Shown here piece by piece: positions 49,527-61,418 of a DNA stretch of 64,000 nucleotides (positions are counted from its first letter, which is position 1; every line of letters starts with the position of its first letter). Source of the DNA: Mobula hypostoma (taxonomy: Eukaryota); contig NC_086097.1 in the NCBI RefSeq assembly GCF_963921235.1, positions 50,346,001 to 50,410,000 of the forward strand. Direction: 5' to 3'. Under the pieces are notes generated by a model. The model searched no databases. It worked only from the letters and a program-made list of their open reading frames with translations, and was not told the DNA's origin. The translations under genes and the position numbers were made by a program.

Positions 49527-52500
49527 TGGGGACTGTTCCCTCAGATCAATAGTTCCACCATGCTCAACTTTTTGGTTCTTGTCTTTGTATATAGGCTTAA
49601 CATCTACTTCCATCATAACTACTCCATTAGCTGCATTGCAAGGGAAGCAGAGTGTCAGGGCATGTAGTGGATTTCCTTTCTGTATAACTGACTCCAAGGA
49701 TGGTCTCACCAACACCCTATATAGTTATATTAAACAGCTTTGCTCCTTAACATGTTTACTTACACTACAGACTAAAAATACCATTTGCCTTTCTAATTGC
49801 CTGCTTCTCCTGCATATTAGCTTTCAGTGACTTGTATACAAGGACACTTATAACATCGACATTTCCAAATCTTTTATCATTTCAAAAAGTCCCAGCTTTT
49901 CTTCTCAACTGAAAGAGACCCTTTTGCATTTTTCCTCCCAGACTATTGCCCATTCACTAAGCTTGTCTACCTTGTCTTGAAACCTTTTTGACCTCACTCA
50001 CATGCTCACTTAGTTTTGTGGTATCAGCTAACATAGAACATTTGGTCCACGCAGTGAAATTATTGATATAAATTGTGAATAGTTTGAACTTTGTTGTTCT
50101 GTATGGCAGGTGTTTTTTTCTTTTTACACTTCTGATGAAGTGTGGCCCAGGAGGGGCAGACACAAGTCTGTCGATTTGGGAGCCGGGGGAACTCTATCAC
50201 AAACCACCAGTCACAGCTTTCTAACCCAAGAGGGACCCTTTTCTTTCTACTCTTATTTAATACAAGTTAACTAGTTCTTAATTAACAGCAATATGCTAGC
50301 TACAATATTTTTTGCTTTTCTTAACTAAGTGGACATATCAGATAACTTATATCAGGCATTATATTTCTCAGAATATTTTAAGACACCTTATATCAAATGT
50401 AGTACCTTAAAGCACAGCGATTGCATTTGTGAATGAAATACTGGAATGCTGTAGGAAATGCCTTCAAACGGCTACAGTATGCTCTGTGCTCTTACGTTCC
50501 CTCCACAAATCTCTGACTCTTCATACTTCCCTGAGATTCGCTTAACAACCAGCCTTTTACCAAGATTTTAGTCAACAATTATCTTTTTTTCGGTTTGGAG
50601 TCAATTTCTGACAATATACCTTTCAGGAATTTGGGGATTTTTTTGCTACATAAGCAATACTTATAGAGTAAATAGATTAAACTTTATATGGTACTTGATT
50701 ACCAGACACTTAAAGTATTGTGCATCTTAATTCATTGACTCAGAAATTCTAAATGCCACAGCATATATCACGTTTTAAACAAAGAATCAGAGGATAAACT
50801 GAAAAGATGTGGTCATGCCTACTTGAGTTGTTTAAAAAAGGATATCATATTACCACCATGCAATTTGGTATTTATGAATCCAAATTGTAAAACTATTGTT
50901 TCAACCAGATTTTGACCCAGTGCAAATAGCAGTGTGGATACATGTTGTATAAAAGACTGCTGGAACATGTAGGCTAAACTAGCCTCTAAAATGTCTGAAT
51001 ATTAAATGTGATATCAAAAGGTGTTCTTAAAAAACTTCCAAACTTTCAAAGATTTCTCACATGAACTCTGACTCCAAGTTATTGCTTTTTGTATTGTCAC
51101 TTGATTCATCATTATAATGCTCTTCAAAACTAAAAGACGAGAAATACTGAAAGCCCTTATCTGCAGAGAAAGAGCTCAAAAGATTAATATTTTCAGGACG
51201 ACCCTTCATCAGAATACATTCCTGCAAACCACAGAAAATATCCCAAGCATTTCTAGTTTTTATTTTGGATTTTCAACATCCATACATAACTTCAATCTTA
51301 TCAAAATAATTGATTAAAGAAAAGCAAAAAATAACATTTGGCTTAAAGCAATGACATTAACCATGAAGCTCATAGTTATCACTTTGTCCCTAGTGTAACA
51401 TCCATTGCAATGAACCAATTACATGACTTTCTGCAAAAAAACATGTTAACAGACACCAAAAAGACAATACGAAATTAATTTGATTTTCATTCATTGCCAT
51501 TACTAAATGTTATTATGAGAAAAGAAAAGGTGTTTAATGGGGTGTTTTTGATTCCCCCCCCCCACCAAGGCTGTTTCTTGATTTCCCCCTTCCTACTTTC
51601 CAAATCCCTCCCAATCCTCTGTTGAACCAATGGCACTAAATGAATTCTGGCTCCCAAGCCAGTCTCCCCCCCACAAGGAATCTGTCAGCCTCCTTGTTCA
51701 GATAGAGCTTCTGTCATCTTCAGTGAAGGAGTCGTCCCACTAGCAATAAGTGTGAGCAATCACTGGAACGCCGAGTGATCTGTCATTGGCTTCAGGTCAC
51801 AGATTCTGAAAACTAATTAATATTTATACATTCCCCAAAGAACATCTTACACACTAAGTTTTCCTTCTCCACGTTCCCTGGGACACGACAGACATCCGAG
51901 TAGAAAGTTTCAGTATCACTCTATTTGCACAGAACAGGGATCTTAAAAGATGATAGGATCATTGTCGATACAAATGGTCATGTGATTCATAAGATTCTTC
52001 AGAAACCATCGATCCTTTTCAATTTATTTTAATAATCTGTCGGGAAAATCTCACGAATCCACCCCTTCCCAGTCCTTTATCTGCTCTTTAATTGGGTGCA
52101 AAATTACATTCTTTTAATTGGGACATTATCTGCCAAAGCGTCGATCTGGCGAAGTCGTCTGACAGACCAAGCGTTAACAACCAGTTCTCCCAAAGTACCT
52201 GGAAGTCGAATGGGCTGGAAGAGTAACATACTAAAACGTACCAGACTGTAACTAAAGAAATCCTGTAAACCAAATATTATAAACTGTAGGCGTTTTTTTA
52301 CACTCGCCTTTCAAATGCAAGAATTCTGTTAAACAGATGCCTATTAAAACCCCTTTGCCTATACAAAATCCCTTTACACATTTAAAACATATCGGGCACT
52401 TTTTCCACATACTAGATAGCACTGAAGATTCTACAAAATCAGCTTTCTCAATAAACTCTTCACGACAACCATTACGGTCCTGGAGCTTCAAAAGGCAGTC

Positions 52501-52699
52501 CTGGTTATTCAATGGCTTGTATATTACAAATACGACGTTGATTGTATAAGAAGATTTTTACTTTGCTCTGCCATAATTGTGTAAAATGCTTATCTACCAC
52601 AAAATAAACCGAATGTCTAATACGCCTCCAACACCCACCTTAATGCAGAGGGGACTTTTGTAACTTCCTTCTGTCGACTAGCAAAGGGCACAGTAGGGT

Positions 52700-53150
52700 A
52701 ACAGATTAATCAGTAATGTTAGTGGAAAGGCAGTCTCTCAGAGACATTTACGCCAATATATCTTGGATCTACTTCGCAGGTCGTTTCCAAAGCCGGTACA
52801 TTTCCCACAGAGGCGACGTTCCAAAATCTTTCACTCACGTCGCTTGCTCAAAAGCGACTCTAAACCTCAGACCGTCGAAACTACGCGAAAGATACTCGGT
52901 GATTGACAGTTCGTCAGGTGCGCGCTCCGTCATTGGAGGAAGGCATCGTCCAGGCCACCAAGGGCGATTTGTTATTGGCTTATGTCTTGCCTCACTCGTT
53001 ACGGCCGCCCTAATTTTGACCAATCAAGGCTGTGTGGGTGCGCGCGCGCTCGTGTGTATGTATCGTAGCTGAGCGGGTGCCCGCACAGCGAGCGGAAACG
53101 TGGGATGTGCTTTAACCCGCGAGAGAGCGCACTATTTATTAATTATGTGT
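52700..53150 (-). promoter_or_regulatory. CpG island; probable promoter and non-coding first exon of the SERTA gene
   Basis: The most CpG-dense non-repeat stretch in the window. Minus-strand donor GAC|GTGAGT at 52838; three CCAAT boxes (~52932, ~52974, ~53020); E2F-like TTTCGCG (~52884-90); TGATTGACAG at 52900-52909. Confidence 0.65.
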
Positions 53151-54059
53151 CTGTAACAGAGGTATGGCGTTAAAAGTGCATATCTTCACTAGCTTCTTAT
53201 ACAGTAACGAGTCAGTGGTGAATTTGCAGTAACCTAATTCTCGATTTTGAGCATGGTTAAACACGTTCAAGGCATGGAATAGTTAAATCCCCAGCAGTCA
53301 GTGGTGACGGAGTTAAAGTGTGCTGGAGGCAGCTTTTACTAGAGCTCCTTGGCGTTAGCAGAGGTGCGATATTTCTGTTGAGCAACCACTGGCTAATCTT
53401 TGACGGACCATTTATCGTCGTTGCGTGAACAGTACCGAAACATAGTTCCTTACAAATCAATTATTTCTATTGAAAATATTCCCTGTTGTTTTCGATTAAT
53501 CTGCACTTTGCTGGAATTCGTCCGCGTAGCTAATCCGTTTATTGGCATTTGTTTTGCGGCCGGAGAAGACCCACTTTTAACTTCTCTGTCATATACTTGG
53601 GTAACATGACGACAGCAATGATTGTAACTGCGTCTTAATGTAATCGTGAGATAGATATTATCTGGGGGTGAATTGTAGGCTAGACAGAAAAAAAAGTTAA
53701 GAATAGAATACTGGCAAACTGAAGAAAATGTTTGTAAAGAGTTTAGCACAAAGTTGCAAATGCAGAAAAAAAGTTAAAATTAATATGTTATTGGATAGCG
53801 AAGTATTGCTCCTTAAAGGTTACTATTTTTCCAGACATTTCCTGTCGCACAGCACTTGTAAATGGTAGGTTGCACAAAGGAGACCGAATAAGAATATTGT
53901 GCGAAGTTTTGGTAGGATTTACAAATTGGGTTAAGAAACGCCTGAAAAAGAGGAGGAGTTGAATGTCTTCCTTTTCTGAAAACGCCCCGTGAATGTAATT
54001 GTTTTGATTGAAAGGATCATTGACTTGGCCAAACCATTTAACAAACTTCTGCTTTCATC

Positions 54060-54610
54060 TTCTCTCTCTTCCCACAATCATATTAGGATTAATATTTCCC
54101 TTCATCTTTCAGCCCACCGTTTTTCACGTGCCGTTGGCAGTGTTTTGCCTCCGTTCCTACACCTCCCATTTCAGCCTTCTGATGGTACCATTCTCTGCAC
54201 AACACAGGTCCACTACTCCGTTATTATAAGTTTCATCCAGAGCTACAACACCCTTCCGACCACAGGATAAAGAGTTCTGCCTTTATACCTCCTCCTTCCT
54301 TCTCACATTCTAATACCACAGCGCTCCTTCCAGATAAAACAGTAAGTTAGTTGTACTTTCAATTTAATATACTGTTTCCATTACTCTTAATGCAATTGGA
54401 AAATCAAAAGGCAGTTTGGTGGCCATTGTGCAGAACATCATTCATTCTGCAAACTTGTGTTACTTTAATTCTCAACCTATTCCCATGTAGTTCTTTCTGC
54501 TCTGGTCTCCCAGTATTCCAATGAAGCTTGAGGAATGGAAGTCCACTTTTTGATTGGGAACTTCACTATTTTCCAAGTTAACTACTGAGTTCAGGAACAT
54601 CAAATCATAA
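54060..54610 (+). mobile_element. Highly degenerate Penelope-like element, GIY-YIG endonuclease end
   Basis: Broken frames retain SFQIKQ...CT..NLIYC...IG..KR...AEH...FNS...LEE...F.LGT...EF.N, matching the PLE C-terminus pattern. Confidence 0.55.
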
Positions 54611-54779
54611 CCACTGCCCCACTGTGTCATAGAGCATATGTACAGTATAAGGGTGCTAGTATTCCCATTTATATTTCCTACAGATCAATCTCTTCATTGA
54701 GTCCTGTGCAGGTATAGCATGGAAATAATGGCCCCTTAGGCTCACAGAATCCAGGTCTAACCATGAAGAACCCATTTGT

Positions 54780-55275
54780 ATCCTAATCCATTTTATTCTG
54801 CCATATTCCCATCAACACTCTCCAGCCTAGCTTCTACCACTCATCTGCACGCTAGAGACAGTTTACAGAGACCACGGAAACCTACATAATCACAGGGAGA
54901 AGATGCAAATTCTGCATGGATTGCACCAAAGCTATCCAGGTTGTAGGAACTGGACAGCAGCACTGCTGGGTATGGTGGCACAACTAGGTATCTGCCAGAG
55001 CACAGCAGTTTGTGTAATGCTTTACAGTGCTAGCAATCCGGGTTCATTTTGCCGCTGTCTGTAAGAGTTTTGTACATTCTCTCGGCGACAGTTTGGGCTT
55101 CCTCTCACATTCTAAAGACATAAAATCTTTATGTAAGTTATGGGCATTGAACGTTGGTGCCAGAAGCATGGTGAAACTTGTGGGTTACACCAGCACATCA
55201 ACGGATTGTGTTGGTCGTTGACACAAAGAACAATTTCAATGTGTGGTTCAATGTAAATTGACAAATAAAGCTAAT
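54780..55275. mobile_element. Two degenerate head-to-head V-SINE fragments
   Basis: CACAGGGAGAAGATGCAAATTC (minus V-domain) and GAGTTTTGTACATTCTCTC...TTCCTCTCACATTCTAAAGAC...ACAAATAAAGCTAAT (plus). Confidence 0.55.
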
Positions 55276-55675
55276 TTTTGTCATTAGATATATCCCAGTG
55301 TTATGATGCTTATTATTTTCATTCTATTTTGCCTTGTACAATGGTAATTTATCTTAATCCCTTTCTTTTCATCTACTGCAGCATTTTATATTCTCTCCCC
55401 CAAGCTGTTCCTCATTCCTGCAATTCAAAAGTATTTTGTTGGCTATCAAACATTTTAACCCGTAATCTTCATTCTTGTTGTAAAATAACTGCAGTGTATC
55501 GATAATATACATGCAAAAATGACCCAGTCTCTGTAATAACGCTAAGGAGATAGAGGGGAAGTGTTTTCCCATTGAAATGAAGGGTTGAAATATACATAGG
55601 CAATTTCTGAAAATTCCTCTTTTTAACTTTTGATTTCTATAGGCAATTTTAATTGCCTTATAAACTAAAAGTATA

Positions 55676-56236
55676 CAGTGTCTTGAAAAAGTATTCAGCC
55701 CCCAAACCTTTGTTCACATAAATGAGTATTACAACCAGGGATTTTGATTAATTTAACTGAGAACTTTTATTTGTGAATAACATGGTTCTTTTTTCATTGT
55801 AGAGCCCAAAAAGTAGAGACAATGGTAAAGCACAAAAAACTAAAAATTCAAAACCTGAAATGTCGGCAGTTTAAAAGTACTCATCCTCGTTTGATCAGTA
55901 CTTAGTTGAACCACCTCTCACAGCTATTGCAGCCAGTTGTCTTTTTGGATAAGTCTCTATTAGCTTTGTACAATGTGATGGAGTGAGATTTGCCCATTCC
56001 CCCTGCAAAATTGCTCAAACTGTGCCAGGTGAGTTGGGGAGTGGCAGTGGACAGCAAACTTGAGGTCTTGCCGGAGGTGTTCGATTCGGTTAAGGTCAGG
56101 ACTCTGACTGGGCCACTCAAGGACATCATTGTCTACATTTGAAGCCACTTCATGGTTGCTCCAGTCGTGTGCTTTGGGTTGTTGCCCTGCTGAAATATGA
56201 ACTCCCTCCCCAGCGTAAGCTTTCTGGCAGATACTG
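55676..56236 (-). mobile_element. Tc1 3' arm (TIR and transposase C-terminus)
   Basis: TA|CAGTGTCTTGAAAAAGTATTCAGCCCC; minus-strand [22 protein letters not shown]. Confidence 0.85.
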
Positions 56237-56458
56237 TAGCCATTAGTAAGACATGATTGCAGGAGGGGCAGGACTGGCAGCTCAGTGTTCCAGGGTTCCA
56301 TTATTTTACATGCAACAGAGCGAAAGGGATTAAAGAGGGAGAGGTGGCGTGACTAGCCTGGGAAAATGTCATGGCAGTGCTCAGTCAGGACAGACTGGAG
56401 AACTCATCTAGTGAGGCTTTATGGGTAGAAATGAGGAATAAGAAAGGCATGACCATGT

Positions 56459-58310
56459 ATCACTAGAGAGGTAGTGCTGAGCAAACTTGTGGGCCTGAAG
56501 TTATATGAGTCCCTTGGTCCTGATGGAATGTATCCCAGGGTACTAAACAAAATGGCAAACGTTACAGTAGAGGTTTTAGTGATAACTTAGCAAAATTCGC
56601 TGGACTCTGGGAAGGTTCTGACGGATTGGAAGATGGCAAAGGTCACACCACTGTTCAAAAAATGATGTAGGCAAAAGGCAGGTAACTACATGCCAGTTAG
56701 TTTAACATCTGTAGTTGGGAAAATGCTTGAGGCTATCATTAAAGAAGAAATCTGGAAAGAAATAGATCCATCAGGCAGATGCAGCATTGATTCAGCAAAG
56801 GCACGTCCTGTTTGACAAACTTACTGGAGTTCTTTGAGGATATAAAGAACGCAGTGGATAGAGGGGAACAGATGGATGTTATTTACTTGGATTTCCAGAA
56901 GGCGTACAATAAGGTGCCATGTAAAGGACTTATCCATAAGATAAGGATGCAGAGTTGGGGTTGATATATTAGCACGGATAGAGGATTGGTTAACAAATAG
57001 AAAGCAGAGAGTTGGGATACACGGGTGTTACTCTGGTTGGCAATCAGTGGTGAGTGGTGTGCCACAGGGTGCTAGTTCCACAACTGTTCGTGATATACAT
57101 TAACAATCTGGAAGAGGGGACCAAATGTAGTGTTTCTAAGTTTGCTGATGATTCTAAATTGAGTGGAAAAGCAAATTGTGCAGAATATATGGAGAGTCTA
57201 CAGAGAGATGTAGATAGGTTAAGTGAATGGGCAAGGGTCTGGCAGATGGAGTACAATGTTGGTAAATGCAAGGTCATCCACTTTGGAAAGAAAAATGGAA
57301 GAGCAGATTATTATTTAAATGATAAAAAATTGTGGCATGCTGCTGTGCTGATGGACTTGGGAGTACTTGTGCATGAAGCATAAAAAGTTGGTTTGCAGGT
57401 TCAGAGGCTATCAAGAAAGCAAATGAAATGTTGGCCATCACTAGAGGGATTAAATTTAAGAGCAGGGAGGTTATGCTGCAACTCTATAGGGTACTGATGA
57501 AGCCATACTTGGAGTACTGCATGCAGTTCTGGTCTCCTTACTTGAAGAAGGATACGCAAACACGAGGAAATCTGCAGATGATGGAATTTCAAGCAACACA
57601 CATAAAAGTTGCTGGTGAATGCAGAAGGCCAGGCAGCATCTCTAGGAAGAGGTACAGTTGATGTTTCAGGCCGAGACCCTTCGTCAGGACTAGATGAAGG
57701 GTCTCGGCCCGAAACATCGACTGTGCCTCTTTCTATCGATGCTGCCTGGCCCACTGCGTTCACCAGCAACTTTTATGTGTGTTGCTTGAAGAAGGATATA
57801 TTGGGTTTGGAGGTGGTGCAGAGGAGGTTCACCAGGTTGATTCCAGAGATGAGGGGGTTTGTCTATGAGGAGAGATTGAGTCACCTGGGACTGTACTTGC
57901 TGGAATTCATGAGAATGAGAGGAGATCTTATAGAGACATATAAAATTATGAAAGGGATAGATAAGGTAGAGGCAAGAAAGTTGTTTCCACTGGTAGGTGA
58001 GCCTAGAACTGGGGGACATAGCCTCAAGATTCAGGGGAGTAGGTTTAGGATGGAGATGAGGAGGAACTGCTTTTCTCAGAGTAGTGAATCTATGGAAATC
58101 TCTGCCCAATGAAGCAGTGGAGGCTAGCTCAGTAAATATATTTAAGACAAGGTTGGATATATTTTAGCATAGTAGGAGAATTAAGGGTTATGGGGAAAAG
58201 GCAAGTAGATGGAGATGAGTCCATAGCCAGATCAGCCATGATCTTATTGAATGGCGGAGCAGGCTCAATGGGCCAGATGGACTACCCCTGATCCTATTTC
58301 TTCTGTTCTT
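56459..58310 (+). mobile_element. 5'-truncated CR1 inserted in the host CR1
   Basis: RT remnants (SKFADDSK, KPYLEYCMQFWSPYLKKD) and tail CCTATTTCTTCTGTTCTTATGT, flanked by ATGT. Confidence 0.88.
57555..57784 (+). mobile_element. Palindromic Penelope-derived retroposon with 14-bp TSD and back-to-back hammerhead motifs
   Basis: TSD CTTGAAGAAGGATA at 57541-54 and 57785-98; about 100-bp inverted arms centred near 57691. Confidence 0.88.
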
Positions 58311-58632
58311 ATGTTAATGGGGCTATATTATAAACCACCCAGCAATCAGTGGGATTTAGAGGAATAAATTTGTAGAGAGGTTGTAGACTGTCACAAGAAA
58401 CATGAGGTTGTGATAGTAGATGATTTTAACTTTTCACCCATCGACTGTAGCTACCATGCTGTAAAAGGGCTGGATGGTAAAGAATTTGTCAAGTGTATTC
58501 AGGAAAGTTTTCTTCATCAGTACACAGAAGTCCCAATGAGAGAGTCTGTGATACTTGATCTCCTATCAGGGAATGAGACAGGGCAGGTGACAGAAGTTTG
58601 TGTAGGGCAACACTTTGCATCTAGTGATCATA

Positions 58633-61418
58633 ATAGAAAATAGGTGCAGGAGTAGGCCATTCGGCCCTTCGAGCCTGCACCACCATTTATTATGATCATG
58701 GCTGATCATCCAACTCAGAACCCCGCCCCAGCCTTCCCTCCATACCCCCTGACCCCTGTAGCCACAAGGGCCATATCTAACTCCCTCTTAAACATAGCCA
58801 ATGAACTGGCCTCAACAGTTTGCTGTGGCAGAGAATTCCACAGATTCACCACTCTCTGTGTGAAGAAGTTTTTCCTAATCTCGGTCCTAAAAGGCTTCCC
58901 CTCTATCCTCAAACTGTGACCCCTCGTTCTGGACTTCCCCAACATCGGGAACAATCTTCCTGCATCTAGCCTGTCCAATCCCTTTAGGATCTTATACGTT
59001 TCAATCAGATCCCCCCTCAATCTTCTAAATTCCAACGAGTACAAGCCCAGTTCATCCAGTCTTTCTTCATATGAAAGTCCTGCCATCCCAGGAATCAATC
59101 TGGTGAACCTTCTTTGTACTCCTTCTATGGCAAAGATGTCTTTCCTCAGATTAGGGGACCAAAACTGCACACAATACTCCAGGTGTGGTCTCACCAAGGC
59201 CTTGTACAACTGCAGTAGTACCTCCCTGCTCCTGTACTCAAATCCTCTCGCTATAAATGCCAGCATACCATTCGCCTTTTTTACCGCCTGCTGTATCTGC
59301 ATGCCCACTTTCAATGACTGGTGTATAATGACACCCAGGTCTCGTTGCACCTCCCCTTTTCCTAATCGGCCACCATTCAGATAATAATCTGTTTTCCTAT
59401 TTTTGCCACCAAAGTGGATAACTTCACATTTATCCACATTAAATTGCATCTGCCATGAGTTTGCCCACTCACCCAACCTATCCAAGTCACCCTGCATCCT
59501 CTTAGCATCCTCCTCACTGCTAACACTGCCACCCAGCTTCGTGTCATCCGCAAACTTGGAGATGCTGCATTTAATTCCCTCATCCAAGTCATTAATATAT
59601 ATTGTAAACAACTGGGGTCCCAGCACTGAGCCTTGCGGTACCCCACTAGTCACCGCCTGCCATTCTGAAAAGGTCCCGTTTATTCCCACTCTTTGCTTCC
59701 TGTCTGCTAACCAATTCTCCACCCACACCAATACCTTACCCCCAATACCGTGTACTTTAAGTTTCCACACTAATCTCCTGTGTGGGACCTTGTCAAAAGC
59801 CTTTTGAAAATCCAAATATACCACATCCACTGGTTCTCCCCTATCCACTCTACTAGTTACATCCTCAAAAAATTCTATGAGATTCGTCAGACATGATTTT
59901 CCTTTCACAAATCCATGCTGACTTTGTCCGATCATTTCTCCGCTTTCCAAATGTGCTGTTATCACATCCTTGATAACTGACTCCAGCAGTTTCCCCACCA
60001 CCGACGTTAGGCTAACCAGTCTATAATTCCCCGGTTTCTCTCTCCCTCCTTTTTTAAAAATTGGGGTTACATTAGCCACCCTCCAATCCTCAGGAACTAG
60101 TCCAGAATCTAACGAGTTTTGAAAAATTATCACTAATGCATCCACTATTTCTTGGGCTACTTCCTTAAGCACTCTAGGATGCAGACCATCTGGCCCTGGG
60201 GATTTATCTGCCTTCAATCCCTTCAATTTACCTAACACCACTTCCCTACTAACATGTATTTCACTCAGTTCCTCCATCTCACTGGACCCTCTGTCCCTTA
60301 CTATTTCTGGAAGATTATTTATGTCCTCCTTAGTGAAGACAAAACCAAAGTAATTATTCAATTGGTCTGCCATGTCCTTGCTCCCCATAATCAATTCACC
60401 TGTTTCTGTCTGCAGGGGACCTACATTTGTCTTTACCAGTATTTTCCTTTTTACATATCTATAAAAACTTCTACAGTCCGTTTTTATGTTCTCTGCCAGT
60501 TTTCTCTCATAATCTTTTTTCCCCTTCCTAATTAAGCCCTTTGTCCTCCTCTGCTGAACTCTGAATTTCTCCCAGTCCTCAGGTGAGCCACTTTCTCTGG
60601 CTAATTTGTATGCTACTTCTTTGGAATTGATACTATCCCTAATTTCTCTTGTCAGCCACGGGTGCACTACCTTCCTTGATTTATTCTTTTGCCAAACTGG
60701 GATGAACAATTGTTGTAGTTCATCCATGCAACCTTTAAATGCTTGCCATTGCATATCCACCGTCAATCTTTTAAGTGTCATTTGCCAGTCTATCTTAGCT
60801 AATTCACGTCTCATACCTTCAAAGTTACCCCTCTTTAAGTTCAGAACCTTTGTTTCTGAATTAACTATGTCACTCTCCATATTAATGAAGAATTCCACCA
60901 TATTATGGTCACTCTTACCCAAGGGGCCTCTCACGACAAGATCGCTAATTAACCCTTCCTCATTGCTCAAAACCCAGTCCAGAATAGCCTGCTCTCTAGT
61001 TGGTTCCTCGACATGTTGGTTCAAAAAACCATCCCGCATACAGTCCAAGAAATCCTCTTCCTCAGCACCTTTACCAATTTGGTTCACCCAGTCTACATGT
61101 AGATTGAAGTCACCCATTATAACTGCTGTTCCTTTATTGCACACATTTCTAATTTCCTGTTTAATACCATCTCCGACCTCACTACTACTGTTAGGTGGCC
61201 TGTACACAACTCCCACCAGCGTCTTCTGCCCCTTAGTGTTACACAGCTCTACCCATATCGATTCCACATCTTCCCGGCTTATGTCCTTCCTTTCTATTGC
61301 GTTAATCTCTTCTTTAACCAGCAACGCCACCCCACCTCCCCTTCCTTCATGTCTATACCTCCTGAATATTGAATATCCCTGAACGTTGAGCTCCCATCCC
61401 TGGTCACCCTGGAGCCAT
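58633..61418 (-). mobile_element. Young CR1 LINE copy 2, 5'-truncated within the endonuclease
   Basis: Near-identical to 25264-28060; inserted antisense into the host CR1. Confidence 0.95.
58715..61330 (-). CDS. CR1 ORF2 (partial APE endonuclease plus reverse transcriptase), uninterrupted 871 aa
   Basis: VYRPP, GDFN, SDH, YLDFQKAFD, GVPQGSVLGP and FADD motifs in one frame; N-terminus lost by truncation. Confidence 0.9.
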   Translation of the reverse strand: MALLVKEEINAIERKDISREDVESIWVELCNTKGQKTLVGVVYRPPNSSSEVGDGIKQEIRNVCNKGTAVIMGDFNLHVDWVNQIGKGAEEEDFLDCMRDGFLNQHVEEPTREQAILDWVLSNEEGLISDLVVRGPLGKSDHNMVEFFINMESDIVNSETKVLNLKRGNFEGMRRELAKIDWQMTLKRLTVDMQWQAFKGCMDELQQLFIPVWQKNKSRKVVHPWLTREIRDSINSKEVAYKLARESGSPEDWEKFRVQQRRTKGLIRKGKKDYERKLAENIKTDCRSFYRYVKRKILVKTNVGPLQTETGELIMGSKDMADQLNNYFGFVFTKEDINNLPEIVRDRGSSEMEELSEIHVSREVVLGKLKGLKADKSPGPDGLHPRVLKEVAQEIVDALVIIFQNSLDSGLVPEDWRVANVTPIFKKGGREKPGNYRLVSLTSVVGKLLESVIKDVITAHLESGEMIGQSQHGFVKGKSCLTNLIEFFEDVTSRVDRGEPVDVVYLDFQKAFDKVPHRRLVWKLKVHGIGGKVLVWVENWLADRKQRVGINGTFSEWQAVTSGVPQGSVLGPQLFTIYINDLDEGIKCSISKFADDTKLGGSVSSEEDAKRMQGDLDRLGEWANSWQMQFNVDKCEVIHFGGKNRKTDYYLNGGRLGKGEVQRDLGVIIHQSLKVGMQIQQAVKKANGMLAFIARGFEYRSREVLLQLYKALVRPHLEYCVQFWSPNLRKDIFAIEGVQRRFTRLIPGMAGLSYEERLDELGLYSLEFRRLRGDLIETYKILKGLDRLDAGRLFPMLGKSRTRGHSLRIEGKPFRTEIRKNFFTQRVVNLWNSLPQQTVEASSLAMFKRELDMALVATGVRGYGGKAGAGF

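Larger units (their letters stand above)
46885..50400 (-). mobile_element. Mosaic of degenerate CR1 fragments
   Basis: Minus-strand RT/linker remnants (e.g. 47276-47575) and a CR1 3' tail at ~47575-47720, with several internal deletions and insertions. Confidence 0.75.

Noticed and set aside
55596..55662. Small inverted repeat AGGCAATT-TT-AATTGCCT next to the Tc1 end
   Set aside because: Short and AT-rich; insufficient evidence of function or of an excision footprint.
57401..58112. ORFs containing the same peptide on both strands (MLVNA.GQAAS...DAAWP)
   Set aside because: Artefact of the palindromic element's inverted arms fused to CR1 frames.
60606..61382. 258-aa plus-strand ORF (and 27521-28024, 25744-26025, 59403-59807)
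   Set aside because: Antisense shadow frames of CR1 ORF2, with no independent protein features.
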